Shown piece by piece: positions 28,161-36,395 of a DNA stretch of 64,000 nucleotides. A program made the position numbers and the translations under genes. Under the pieces are notes generated by a model. It was given only the letters and a program-made list of their open reading frames with translations. It was not told the DNA's origin and searched no databases. This DNA is from an uncultured Verrucomicrobiota bacterium (GTDB taxonomy: Bacteria > Verrucomicrobiota > Verrucomicrobiia > Limisphaerales > UBA8199), in the NCBI GenBank assembly GCA_964401575.1, contig CAYNZC010000006.1, positions 1,887-65,886 on the forward strand, read 5' to 3'. Each line of letters starts with the position of its first letter. Position 1 is the stretch's first letter.

Positions 28161-29360
28161 TTAGAGCAGATGTCCGAGCTTGTCGCGCTTGGTGTTCAGA
28201 TATTTCGAATTGTGCCGATTGGGCCTCATGCGGATGGGCACCTGTTGGGTTATCTCCAGTCCATAACCCTCCAGGCCAACCAGTTTTCTGGGATTATTTG
28301 TCATCAGCCGGATCGTCTTGAGCCCGAGGTCCGCCAGGATTTGCGCCCCGATTCCATACTCGCGCAGATCCGGGCCGAAACCGAGTTTCTGGTTTGCCTC
28401 GACGGTGTCGTAGCCCTCTTCCTGGAGCTTGTACGCTTTGATCTTCGGCGCCAGGCCGATGCCGCGCCCCTCCTGTCGCATATACACGATGACTCCTTTG
28501 CCGGCTGCGGCGATCTGCCGCATGGCTTCCCGCAATTGCGGACCGCAATCGCAGCGCTTCGAGCCGAAAACGTCTCCGGTCAGGCATTCGCTATGAACGC
28601 GCACGAGCACATTTTCTCCTCCGGCGACCTTGCCCGCCACGAGCGCGAGGTGATGCTGGCCATCCACGCGGGATTTGTAGAGATGCAGATCGAAGTCGCC
28701 AAATTCCGTCGGCAATTGGACGACTTCCATTCGCTCCACCAGTTTCTCGCGGTGACGCCGGTGTTCGATCAGGTCCGCGATGGTGCAGATCTTGAGACGA
28801 TGTTTTTTGGCGAACTTCAATAAATCCGGCATCCGCGCCATCGAGCCGTCATCGTTCATAATCTCGCAAATGGCGGCGATGGGGCGGCACCCGGCCATGC
28901 CGACCAGGTCCACGGCGGCTTCGGTGTGGCCGGCGCGCTGAAGCACCCCGCCGGGCCGGGCGCGAAGGGGGAACACATGCCCTGGCTGCACCAGATCATT
29001 CGGGACGGCAGTGGGTTCGGCCATGATGCGGATGGTTTGGGCGCGGTCTGCGGCGCTGATGCCTGTGGTCACCCCCGCGGCGGCATCCACGCTCACCTGG
29101 AAGTCCGTTCCGAAAGTTTCGCGGTTTTGGCGGACCATGCGCTCGATGCCGAGCTGTTGAAGGCGTTCGGAGGTCGTCGGCACGCAGATTAATCCGCGGG
29201 CAAACCGGACCATGAAGTTAATGGCTTTTGGGGTGGCGTGCTGGGCCGCCATGATCACATCCCCCTCGTTTTCACGGTCGGCATCATCCACAACAATCAC
29301 CATGCGTCCCTTTCCGAGGTCCGCTACGACTTCATCGATGGTGTCGAACTTCTTCGCCAT
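28161..29360 (-). CDS. ribBA: bifunctional 3,4-dihydroxy-2-butanone-4-phosphate synthase / GTP cyclohydrolase II
   Basis: DDADRENEGD (DHBP synthase) and HSECLTGDVFGSKRCDCG (GCH II zinc site). Confidence 0.95.
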   Translation of the reverse strand: MAKKFDTIDEVVADLGKGRMVIVVDDADRENEGDVIMAAQHATPKAINFMVRFARGLICVPTTSERLQQLGIERMVRQNRETFGTDFQVSVDAAAGVTTGISAADRAQTIRIMAEPTAVPNDLVQPGHVFPLRARPGGVLQRAGHTEAAVDLVGMAGCRPIAAICEIMNDDGSMARMPDLLKFAKKHRLKICTIADLIEHRRHREKLVERMEVVQLPTEFGDFDLHLYKSRVDGQHHLALVAGKVAGGENVLVRVHSECLTGDVFGSKRCDCGPQLREAMRQIAAAGKGVIVYMRQEGRGIGLAPKIKAYKLQEEGYDTVEANQKLGFGPDLREYGIGAQILADLGLKTIRLMTNNPRKLVGLEGYGLEITQQVPIRMRPNRHNSKYLNTKRDKLGHLL

Positions 29361-29490
29361 AAGCCTTAAAAGCTACCCTTGAAGGCGCCGGCAGGGCAAT
29401 ACAGTTTGTGCTCCAAGGGAACAGGCCGGGTTTGCCGCGTCAAACTCCTGCTTCGCCCGCGCAGCGCTGAGTAGATGCGAGTGCCAGGAG

Positions 29491-29544
29491 CTGACAGGAA
29501 TTTGCTTTTTGTGGGCTCGATTGTACTGAGCGCTACGCGGATGA
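29491..29544 (+). repeat. 54-nt direct repeat, copy A (between ribBA start and vapC stop)
   Basis: CTGACAGGAATTTGCTTTTTGTGGGCTCGATTGTACTGAGCGCTACGCGGATGA. 50/54 identical to copy B by hand alignment. Confidence 0.8.
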
Positions 29545-29664
29545 GCCACGCGAGCAGCATCATTTCATTCTTCAACGCCGGCCCGGCAGGCGACGCGACG
29601 GGTTCCAAGGTTTACAACGGGTCCGGCACCATACTGCCGCAGACCACGATTTGATAGGCTGTTC

Positions 29665-30090
29665 TCATAAAATTTCAGTTTCACTGCGAAACACTGCAAT
29701 AAACTGTGCAGGCGTGATCACCGACACGTCTTTGGCCGCAGCCTTTGGAAAATGGCGGATATTGCCTGTGACCAATGGCACCCCCGCCGTCCGCGCACAT
29801 TCCAGGAAGGGCGCATCGTCCGGGTCCGGTAACTTCGGCGTCAGATGGCGGCTGGCGGCTTCCACCCAAAACGCCCGGGAGCGGATGGCCGTCAGCACCA
29901 ACTCCACTTCCACGACCGGCAGCCGGAAAACCGGCCGCGTCAACACCTCGGCGTATTCGGCCATGATACGGTCATCCACCACCGCCTGCACCGTGCCGTT
30001 GCGCAGCCATTCCACGATGCGTCCCGGCGGACCGACGGGCGACAGAAATCCCGACACCACTACGTTTGTGTCAAAGACCGCGCGGTTCAT
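29665..30090 (-). CDS. vapC: PIN-domain toxin (VapC-like, type II TA system)
   Basis: MNRAVFDTNVVVSG..., later acidic DPDDAPFLE and TGNIRHF. 141 aa. 4-nt overlap with the upstream antitoxin. Confidence 0.85.
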   Translation of the reverse strand: MNRAVFDTNVVVSGFLSPVGPPGRIVEWLRNGTVQAVVDDRIMAEYAEVLTRPVFRLPVVEVELVLTAIRSRAFWVEAASRHLTPKLPDPDDAPFLECARTAGVPLVTGNIRHFPKAAAKDVSVITPAQFIAVFRSETEIL

Positions 30091-30383
30091 TTGCGGGACA
30101 AACGTCGTTCCTTGCGGGTGGCGGCGATCTGACGATTGATTTCTGCCAATGACAGCCGGGCTGACCCGCTGCGAGCCGCCGCCTCGCGAACGCGGCTCAA
30201 GGCCAGCCGGCTGCGCGAATCGCGGATGGATAGAATGACGGTTTCCGGGTCTTCCGAGGCGTCCACGTGCACCAGCACCGCCACGGGTCGGCCATCGCTG
30301 GTCAGCAACAGTTCCTTCTCGGCCAGCAACCGCTCCTTTAACTGGCGCGGCTGCTTCAAATCTTGGATCGCTATCAATTTCAT
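30087..30383 (-). CDS. Phd/YefM-like type II antitoxin
   Basis: 98-aa ORF from ATG 30383 (MKLIAIQDLKQPRQLKERL...) inside a spurious 283-aa track ORF. ATGA overlap with the PIN toxin. Confidence 0.7.
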   Translation of the reverse strand: MKLIAIQDLKQPRQLKERLLAEKELLLTSDGRPVAVLVHVDASEDPETVILSIRDSRSRLALSRVREAAARSGSARLSLAEINRQIAATRKERRLSRK

Positions 30384-30392
30384 TATCGTAAC

Positions 30393-30421
30393 TTTATACT
30401 GTCCTTTTAAGGTTATGTCAA
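30393..30421 (-). promoter_or_regulatory. sigma-70-type promoter of the TA operon (TTGACA-17-TATAAA)
   Basis: Minus strand: TTGACA (30421-30416), 17-nt spacer, TATAAA (30398-30393). The -10 element ends 9 nt before the antitoxin ATG. Confidence 0.55.
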
Positions 30422-30447
30422 CCAGCCAGCAACACGGCGGGTTCAAA

Positions 30448-30501
30448 CTGACAGGAATTTGCTTTTTGTGCGCCCGATTGTACTGAGCCCTGCGCGGATG
30501 A
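30448..30501 (+). repeat. 54-nt direct repeat, copy B (upstream of the antitoxin)
   Basis: CTGACAGGAATTTGCTTTTTGTGCGCCCGATTGTACTGAGCCCTGCGCGGATGA. Same orientation as copy A, 957 bp away. Confidence 0.8.
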
Positions 30502-30804
30502 TCTGCCAACGGCAAGCTCCATGCGTTCATGAAAGGGACCCCCGAAGCCGCCGACCCTGGCCAATTGCAAATCAATGTATGAGAAGGAGAATAGATGAAC
30601 AAAAACGAACCAGGGTATGGTTTGACCCCGCCAGTGACCCCGCCCGATCTTAATTCGCATAACGTGTCACGGGTCCTTTCTCTTTCGACTCGTTTCCGGA
30701 AGGAGGAATCGCGATGTGACCTGTTCGATTCATGACGTAGAGAGTCTGGTCTATAAACAGGGAAAAGCCTTATTGGTGGAAAGGTGTTTGTATTAATAGA
30801 GTCG

Positions 30805-33423
30805 TCAGTCATCGTCGTCCTCGCCCTCTTCGCTTGCGGCGAAGACGAATGAAGCACGGACAGGCGCCGGCATCTCGGAATTGCGGCCACGCACGGAGCG
30901 CCAGACGATTTCATTGAGGAGCAGGTCGTCAGCGGCATCTTCCCTGGCGAAGTTCATTTTCACGTCGGCACCCCAGGCCAGTCCGTCATTCATCTCCTCC
31001 AAATCCACCCGGGCTGGCACCGATACAAACGGGGTCAAATCCGGAGTGGGCTGGAAGGAATGGTACATTGGCCGTGCTGCGGCATCGAATTGAGACATGG
31101 GTTGGAGCCCCAGGATCAGTTCCATTGTGCGCAACATGCTGGCCGTGGAGTACATGGTTGAATCGACGAAGTTCCGTTTCGTATATGGGCTGACGACGTA
31201 CGCGGTGGTTCGATGCGCATCCACGTGGTCGGGGCCGTTCTGCGCATCGTCTTCCACCACAAAAACTGCGGTCCTGGCCCAAAACTTCGACTGACTGATC
31301 GCTTCCATGACCATACCCATGGCCAGGTCATTCTCAGCAACGAAAGCACGCGGGGTCTTAAATCCTTTTGCCACTCCGCGGGTATGATCGTTGGGCAGTC
31401 GCACGATTTGCAGCCTGGGCATGTCCCCCTGCCGTTCGAAACGTTTTAGCTCGGAGATGAACCGTTTTGCCCGGTCCAGGTCGGAGTATCCCATGTCAAA
31501 TCCCCTGAACCAGGGATCGAAATGGCCTTTCAAAGCTTTGATGCGGGTTGTTGCGCGGTCTTTTGGCGTGCGGCCGTTCACGATAAACTCTCCATAGCTG
31601 CGGTAGGAGATTCCCGCCTCGCGGGCCTTGTCCCACAGGTATCCTCCCGAAGGGGCAGCGATGCGGAAATTTCCCTCGGCCGGGAATGCGTATTTACCGG
31701 CCGGATTGTGTCCATAGGTCATGGGCCACATTTTCTCCACAAAATCGGTGGCATACGCGCCCATGCTCCACTCGTGACCGTCAGCGCTGACCTCGCTTTC
31801 CACGTAGAAGTTGTCCAGCAGCACGAACTCGCGCACGAGTTTATGCTGGTTGGGAGTTACTTCCTCGGGAAAAAGGCACAGAGACGGATCGCCTTTGCCC
31901 TCCGGGATGTCGCCCAGGACCTGGTCATAGGTGCGGTTTTCTTTGATGATATAAATGCAATACTCGATGGGCGAAGCCCCTCCGACGCGGGCGGGAATCG
32001 GGTTGTCCGCAGGGCGCGGCGCGGAAACCCGGGCATCGGGGCGAAGAGGGCTGCAGGCAAAAGCTTGTTCTGTGTATGCGGCCATTTCCTGAGCGAAAGT
32101 TTCGCCCGAGGGCAACTGGATCACGCTCAGGGAGCCGTGAAACAAACCGGCAATGTACTCCACGGTAGGCACACGACGGGTTCGCCTGCCGGGCTGAGGT
32201 CCGAGAGGATTTGCCCGGGAGTTCAACCCCTTTCCGTTGGCCACCAACAGGCGCCTGCCATCGCGCGTGACGCGAACGGAAGTTGGATACCAGCCGGATG
32301 GAATAAAGCCCAATGAACGGCTGCGGCCCGGCCTGGAAACATCCACCACGGCGATCACGTTGTTGCACGCGTTTGCCACGAAGAGAGTCTTCTCATCTGG
32401 AGAGAGGGCCAGGCTGTTCGGGGTGGAGCCTTCCGGCGAATCGGGATACAGTGCAGCCCAGATTGTTTCGATATTTCTGCCTGAGTCCGTGTCGAACACC
32501 GAAACCGTATTCCGGTTCGCGTTCGCCACATACAGGTGCTTGCCGGACCTGGTCAGCGCCATTTCACACGGGTGTTCCTGGGTGTGCCAATGTCCAATCA
32601 CGGTCCCTTTTTTCAGATCAATCACCGCCACCGAAGATCGAGCCCATAGACTGACATAAAGCCGGTTGCGTTTGTCGTCCACGCGGCAGGCGTAAGGATG
32701 GGGTGTGGTGGGCGGAGCGATTTCCTGTGCGGCCTCAGCCCGTTTCAGAGCCGCCGCTTCATCAAAGTCTCTGTCCCCCTGCTCCGGGAAAAGCCGGGAA
32801 TCGGTTATTGGCTTTTCCGGCGCGAGGCGGATCTCCATTGGCGCAGTATTTCCTGCAAGATTAACCAGGCTGACGACGTGCCCCGAGACATTGGCCGCAA
32901 ACAAACGTTTGCCGGAGGCATCCAGGGCGAGCCCTGCGGGGATGCCCCGCACCTGCGCGTCGCGAAGGCGAATTGCGCGGCGATTCTCGAGTTTTCCTTC
33001 GTTAAAGGCGAATGCGTGGATCACTTCCTGGCCTGCGCCACTGCAGTAGAGGTGCTGACCGCCGGCATCGAATTCCAGCCCGTAAAAGGACTCCTTCACC
33101 GGAGCCTTATCTACGACTGCCCGTGCAGGCAGATCGATAATCCAGACTTCGTGGGCGCTAAATCCGCTGTGCAAGACGGCCACAAACCGGCCATCGGGAT
33201 GCAGGGCGACATTAACCGGGAAGTCTGCGAGCGGTATTTGCTCACCAGCCGGTCGCAAAGACCACTGGTTTGGCAGCAGCATGGAACCATCGGCCTGTTG
33301 TCCGGGCCAAACCTGCCCCTGGGCATCTGAGGAAGAAGCGGAGCGGGGTTCTTCCAAAGAGAATCGGGCGCAACCTGCAACCATGACCAAACCGGCAATG
33401 AGGAAAAAACACACCTTGCGCAT
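30805..33423 (-). CDS. lipoprotein: YVTN-type beta-propeller fused to phosphoesterase (PlcC/AcpA family) domain
   Basis: Lipobox LVMVAGCA. Propeller repeats (HPDGRFVAV, SPDEKTLFVAN, TRDGRRLLVAN). Phosphoesterase signature IYIIKENRTYDQVLGD. Acidic tail EEGEDDDD. Confidence 0.8.
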   Translation of the reverse strand: MRKVCFFLIAGLVMVAGCARFSLEEPRSASSSDAQGQVWPGQQADGSMLLPNQWSLRPAGEQIPLADFPVNVALHPDGRFVAVLHSGFSAHEVWIIDLPARAVVDKAPVKESFYGLEFDAGGQHLYCSGAGQEVIHAFAFNEGKLENRRAIRLRDAQVRGIPAGLALDASGKRLFAANVSGHVVSLVNLAGNTAPMEIRLAPEKPITDSRLFPEQGDRDFDEAAALKRAEAAQEIAPPTTPHPYACRVDDKRNRLYVSLWARSSVAVIDLKKGTVIGHWHTQEHPCEMALTRSGKHLYVANANRNTVSVFDTDSGRNIETIWAALYPDSPEGSTPNSLALSPDEKTLFVANACNNVIAVVDVSRPGRSRSLGFIPSGWYPTSVRVTRDGRRLLVANGKGLNSRANPLGPQPGRRTRRVPTVEYIAGLFHGSLSVIQLPSGETFAQEMAAYTEQAFACSPLRPDARVSAPRPADNPIPARVGGASPIEYCIYIIKENRTYDQVLGDIPEGKGDPSLCLFPEEVTPNQHKLVREFVLLDNFYVESEVSADGHEWSMGAYATDFVEKMWPMTYGHNPAGKYAFPAEGNFRIAAPSGGYLWDKAREAGISYRSYGEFIVNGRTPKDRATTRIKALKGHFDPWFRGFDMGYSDLDRAKRFISELKRFERQGDMPRLQIVRLPNDHTRGVAKGFKTPRAFVAENDLAMGMVMEAISQSKFWARTAVFVVEDDAQNGPDHVDAHRTTAYVVSPYTKRNFVDSTMYSTASMLRTMELILGLQPMSQFDAAARPMYHSFQPTPDLTPFVSVPARVDLEEMNDGLAWGADVKMNFAREDAADDLLLNEIVWRSVRGRNSEMPAPVRASFVFAASEEGEDDDD

Positions 33424-33609
33424 AAAAACAACGTCTTGTGCCAGCTTAACGGCGCGAGGTAAAGCGTCAAATTACAATTTTCCAATTGCGGGCATTGCTG
33501 TTCAGATCAACGAACCTCGAAGGAGCGCGGAAAAGCCCGATCGTTAACTCCGGAGTGTGGCCTGTTTTTCGCCAACATCCACCCCTTTAGAGCCTTTTGA
33601 ATTTGCGAG

Positions 33610-35229
33610 ATGCCGGCGAACGCTTTAAGGTCTGGAATGAGCCTCACAGAAAGGCTTTCCGAAAGAGCGGTACAAGGAACCAAACACCTATTGGATTCTG
33701 AGCCCCGGCTTCGACTGCGATTCAGAAATCGGCGCCTGACAACCCTTGCCTTTCTTCTCGGCAGCGCTTTTGGCATAAGCGTGGGCGCGGCTGATTTCCC
33801 CGTCCGGGTTTACACGGCGGCAAATCCACCTGCGACACCTGCGCTCGAGCATCTCTCACTCACGAATCAGGTGACCAGGCATGGAATTACCTGGACTTTT
33901 TCTCAGCCCAGGCGGGTGGGCAGATTTGTGAACGGCGACTATTACGTTGTGGGCCAGACGATCGTGACAAACATCTCCCCTTTGCCAACTGCCGCGAATG
34001 GGCGGCACGGCTCAATGTTGAATATCCGGCCCAACATTCAGCGCAGTGGGTTTGACAGCCGCATTACGCTGTCGCGTTACGACGCCAGCCTGCGAGTTTA
34101 TCCCCCGATCACCCTGGCGCCAGACAACAAACTCGTCTCCTCCCGCAGTGTTTCGAGCACCAACTTGCCTTATGTGATGCGTCCGATAGAGAGGTCAGAG
34201 AGCCCGGTTGCATCCATTTCGATTCTGACCTGTGTCTCCGCTCCTCTGCCTCCGGATGCTTTCCGCCCTTCGTATGCGCAAGGCGCAACGAATATCTACT
34301 TCTCGCGCCATTTGAATCGGAATCACCTGCCCAAACTTGCCCCGGTTGCCCATGTGCCTTCGCTCTCTGAATTCGAGGGTTACCTTGAGAGGCCATGGGT
34401 GGACTCCGTTTTCTACAGCCTGGATGTGCCCTCCGAGTATATGGCGAGCTATGGGCGCGAGAACGGTTACGTGGTGGGATTCGCGGGCCTGTTGCTGACG
34501 TTGAATTTTACAGACCAGCAGAAAGAGCCGCTCCTGGTCTATATGGTCCAGTATGGGATTGACCTGTTCGGACTGGTTGAAGAAGGGCACTCTGGGTGGC
34601 CGGCTCATGGCGGTCACGGCACTGGCCGGAAGTTTCCGATCGTGCTCGCGGGCGTCTTGCTGAACCAGTCACAGATGAAATCCGTTTCGGCCAGTTTCGG
34701 CGAAGACATGCAGACCATTTATGTGACCGAAACCCCGCCTGCGGGAACCTACACCAATTCGTGGCACAGCAAACCGCAGAGGGCTGTTTACGGCGGACAC
34801 ATGGGAATCAACGGTGAGGCAACGAAGCCTGGCTGGGGTCCCTACGAGCATCTCCCTCCCGCCCAGTGGAAAGATACGATTGGGGAGGCTTACCGCCGTT
34901 GTTGCACCAGCGCCAGTTGGGTCGGGGGGGCTTTGGCAGCCCGGCTCGTTCCTGGCATGCAAACCGCCTGGAACCATCCCCAGTTGTTTGATTACGTTGA
35001 TCGCTGGATGCTCGTCCCGGATGACCCTTCTGACCTTTCGAGAATCCAGACCGCCACAGGCATGACCACAGACGCCGATTTCATGCAGGGACAAGCCTGG
35101 AAAGTACTTAGCGGCGGGGGCTATCATTTTCCTCACCGCACTTTCGTGGACGAAATGTGGACTGCGTATCGCGACCGTCCGCAGATTCAGCCGCCGACGG
35201 GATTACGTATCATATCGGAGGAACACTGA
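33610..35229 (+). CDS. secreted hypothetical protein (no family recognised)
   Basis: 539-aa ORF with coding-like composition. Possible Tat-like leader RFRNRRLTTLAFLLGSAFGISVGAA. Alternative start 33637. Confidence 0.6.
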   Translation: MPANALRSGMSLTERLSERAVQGTKHLLDSEPRLRLRFRNRRLTTLAFLLGSAFGISVGAADFPVRVYTAANPPATPALEHLSLTNQVTRHGITWTFSQPRRVGRFVNGDYYVVGQTIVTNISPLPTAANGRHGSMLNIRPNIQRSGFDSRITLSRYDASLRVYPPITLAPDNKLVSSRSVSSTNLPYVMRPIERSESPVASISILTCVSAPLPPDAFRPSYAQGATNIYFSRHLNRNHLPKLAPVAHVPSLSEFEGYLERPWVDSVFYSLDVPSEYMASYGRENGYVVGFAGLLLTLNFTDQQKEPLLVYMVQYGIDLFGLVEEGHSGWPAHGGHGTGRKFPIVLAGVLLNQSQMKSVSASFGEDMQTIYVTETPPAGTYTNSWHSKPQRAVYGGHMGINGEATKPGWGPYEHLPPAQWKDTIGEAYRRCCTSASWVGGALAARLVPGMQTAWNHPQLFDYVDRWMLVPDDPSDLSRIQTATGMTTDADFMQGQAWKVLSGGGYHFPHRTFVDEMWTAYRDRPQIQPPTGLRIISEEH

Positions 35230-35474
35230 AACGAAGCATCGAGCGTCCAACGTCGAAGATTGAACGGGAAAGGGATGAAGGACTAAACCTGAAAGTGGAA
35301 AGCGGAAAGCAACCGTGGAGATTTGCCCCGGGTGCGTCAGGACCGACACCTTGAGCTCTTGTGCCGGTCCGCTGGACCTTTGTGGATGTGTGGTGGGCCG
35401 GGTTGTATAGACGTTTGCGGTCCTCCGGGCCTGCGCCCCGTCGAGGCGGTGAATGGCTTTTCGCTCTCAAATAC

Positions 35475-35483
35475 GGGGGGGGG
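35475..35483 (+). repeat. homopolymeric G9 tract in the iclR upstream region
   Basis: aatacGGGGGGGGGtgacc, 85 nt upstream of the IclR ATG. Confidence 0.9.
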
Positions 35484-35567
35484 TGACCGACCCTTTGACA
35501 TTTGCCTTGCGTGACGCGGGTGGCTTGCTGCATTTTACTTATAAAACAGCATTTAATTAATAAAACG

Positions 35568-36395
35568 ATGACTGTATCCGAAAGGCCGGTTCCCGGTTCC
35601 GCCCGGCAAAAGTATGCCGTGCCGGCGGTGGAGCAAATGCTGGACATTGTGGAATACCTGGCGCGGAATCAACATGGTTGCGGCATTACGGAGCTGGCGC
35701 GGGAACTGGGGATTTCGGTCAATGGCGTGTTCCGCATTCTCAAATGCCTGTCCGGACGGGGCTACGCGGAGGTGGATGCCGGCGGGGCTTACCGGTTGAG
35801 CACGCGATTCTTCACCCTGGGGATGACGCTGCAGGCGCGATTTGAATTGCGCCGGCGCGCGCGTCCGCACCTGGAGTGGTTGTGCGAGACTTCGGGAGCG
35901 ACGGCGCAGTTGCACGGATTGCGGGAGGACCGCGCGTTGGTGCTGGACTGTGTGACACCGGTGGCGGGTGTGTTTCTCCAGGTGCTGCCCGGGAGCCTGG
36001 TGGAGGTGCATGCAAGCGCGTTTAGCAAGGCGCTGCTGGCATTTCTGTCTCCCGATGAGGCGCGGCGGCATCTGCCCCGTAAGCTCAAGCGGTTTACGGA
36101 GCACACGGTGGCGAGCAAGGAGAAGCTGTTTGAGGAGTTTTCCCGGGTTCGCGCCTGCGGGCTGGCGTACGATCGCGAGGATTACATCGTGGGAATCTAT
36201 TGCATTGGTGCGCCGGTGTTTGATTTGAATCAGATGCCGGTGGCGGGGGTCGGGGTTACCGGTTTGGTGAGCCTGCTGAATCCTGGTACGCAGCCGGCCC
36301 TGGAGAGGATGGTGCTCACTTGCGCGGAAAGGATCTCCGGGGATATCGGTTATACGGGCGATTGCTACGCGGCGTGGAAAAGGCAAATCCGGTGA
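35568..36395 (+). CDS. IclR-family transcriptional regulator
   Basis: N-terminal wHTH (VEQMLDIVEYLARNQHGCGITELARELGISVNGVFRILKCL) plus IclR effector domain. ATG 35568 follows an AT-rich stretch. Confidence 0.88.
   Translation: MTVSERPVPGSARQKYAVPAVEQMLDIVEYLARNQHGCGITELARELGISVNGVFRILKCLSGRGYAEVDAGGAYRLSTRFFTLGMTLQARFELRRRARPHLEWLCETSGATAQLHGLREDRALVLDCVTPVAGVFLQVLPGSLVEVHASAFSKALLAFLSPDEARRHLPRKLKRFTEHTVASKEKLFEEFSRVRACGLAYDREDYIVGIYCIGAPVFDLNQMPVAGVGVTGLVSLLNPGTQPALERMVLTCAERISGDIGYTGDCYAAWKRQIR

Noticed and set aside
29366-29608. 80-aa minus-strand ORF upstream of ribBA
   Set aside because: It spans the 54-nt repeat. It has no SD and no recognisable motif, and its composition is unlike the neighbouring genes. 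It is probably non-coding.
29361-29664. FMN (RFN) riboswitch expected in the 300-nt region upstream of ribBA
   Set aside because: Reading the minus strand, I cannot find the conserved RFN cores (GGGTGAAATTCC-like, ACCGGCGGT, GCCGACGGT-AAAGTCCGGATG). Only generic hairpins and the 54-nt repeat are present. A covariance-model search (Rfam FMN model) would be decisive.
30699-30719. AAGGAGG followed 8 nt later by ATG-TGA (a start-stop mini-ORF)
   Set aside because: It is striking, but it lies out of frame inside the 46-codon ORF and has no obvious downstream gene on that strand. I treat it as chance until 5'/3' mapping says otherwise.
36320-36391. ATG 36320 as the start of the propeller-peroxidase gene
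   Set aside because: It would overlap iclR by 76 nt with a basic, non-signal-like head. GTG 36392 gives a GTGA stop/start overlap and a hydrophobic leader. This remains uncertain.
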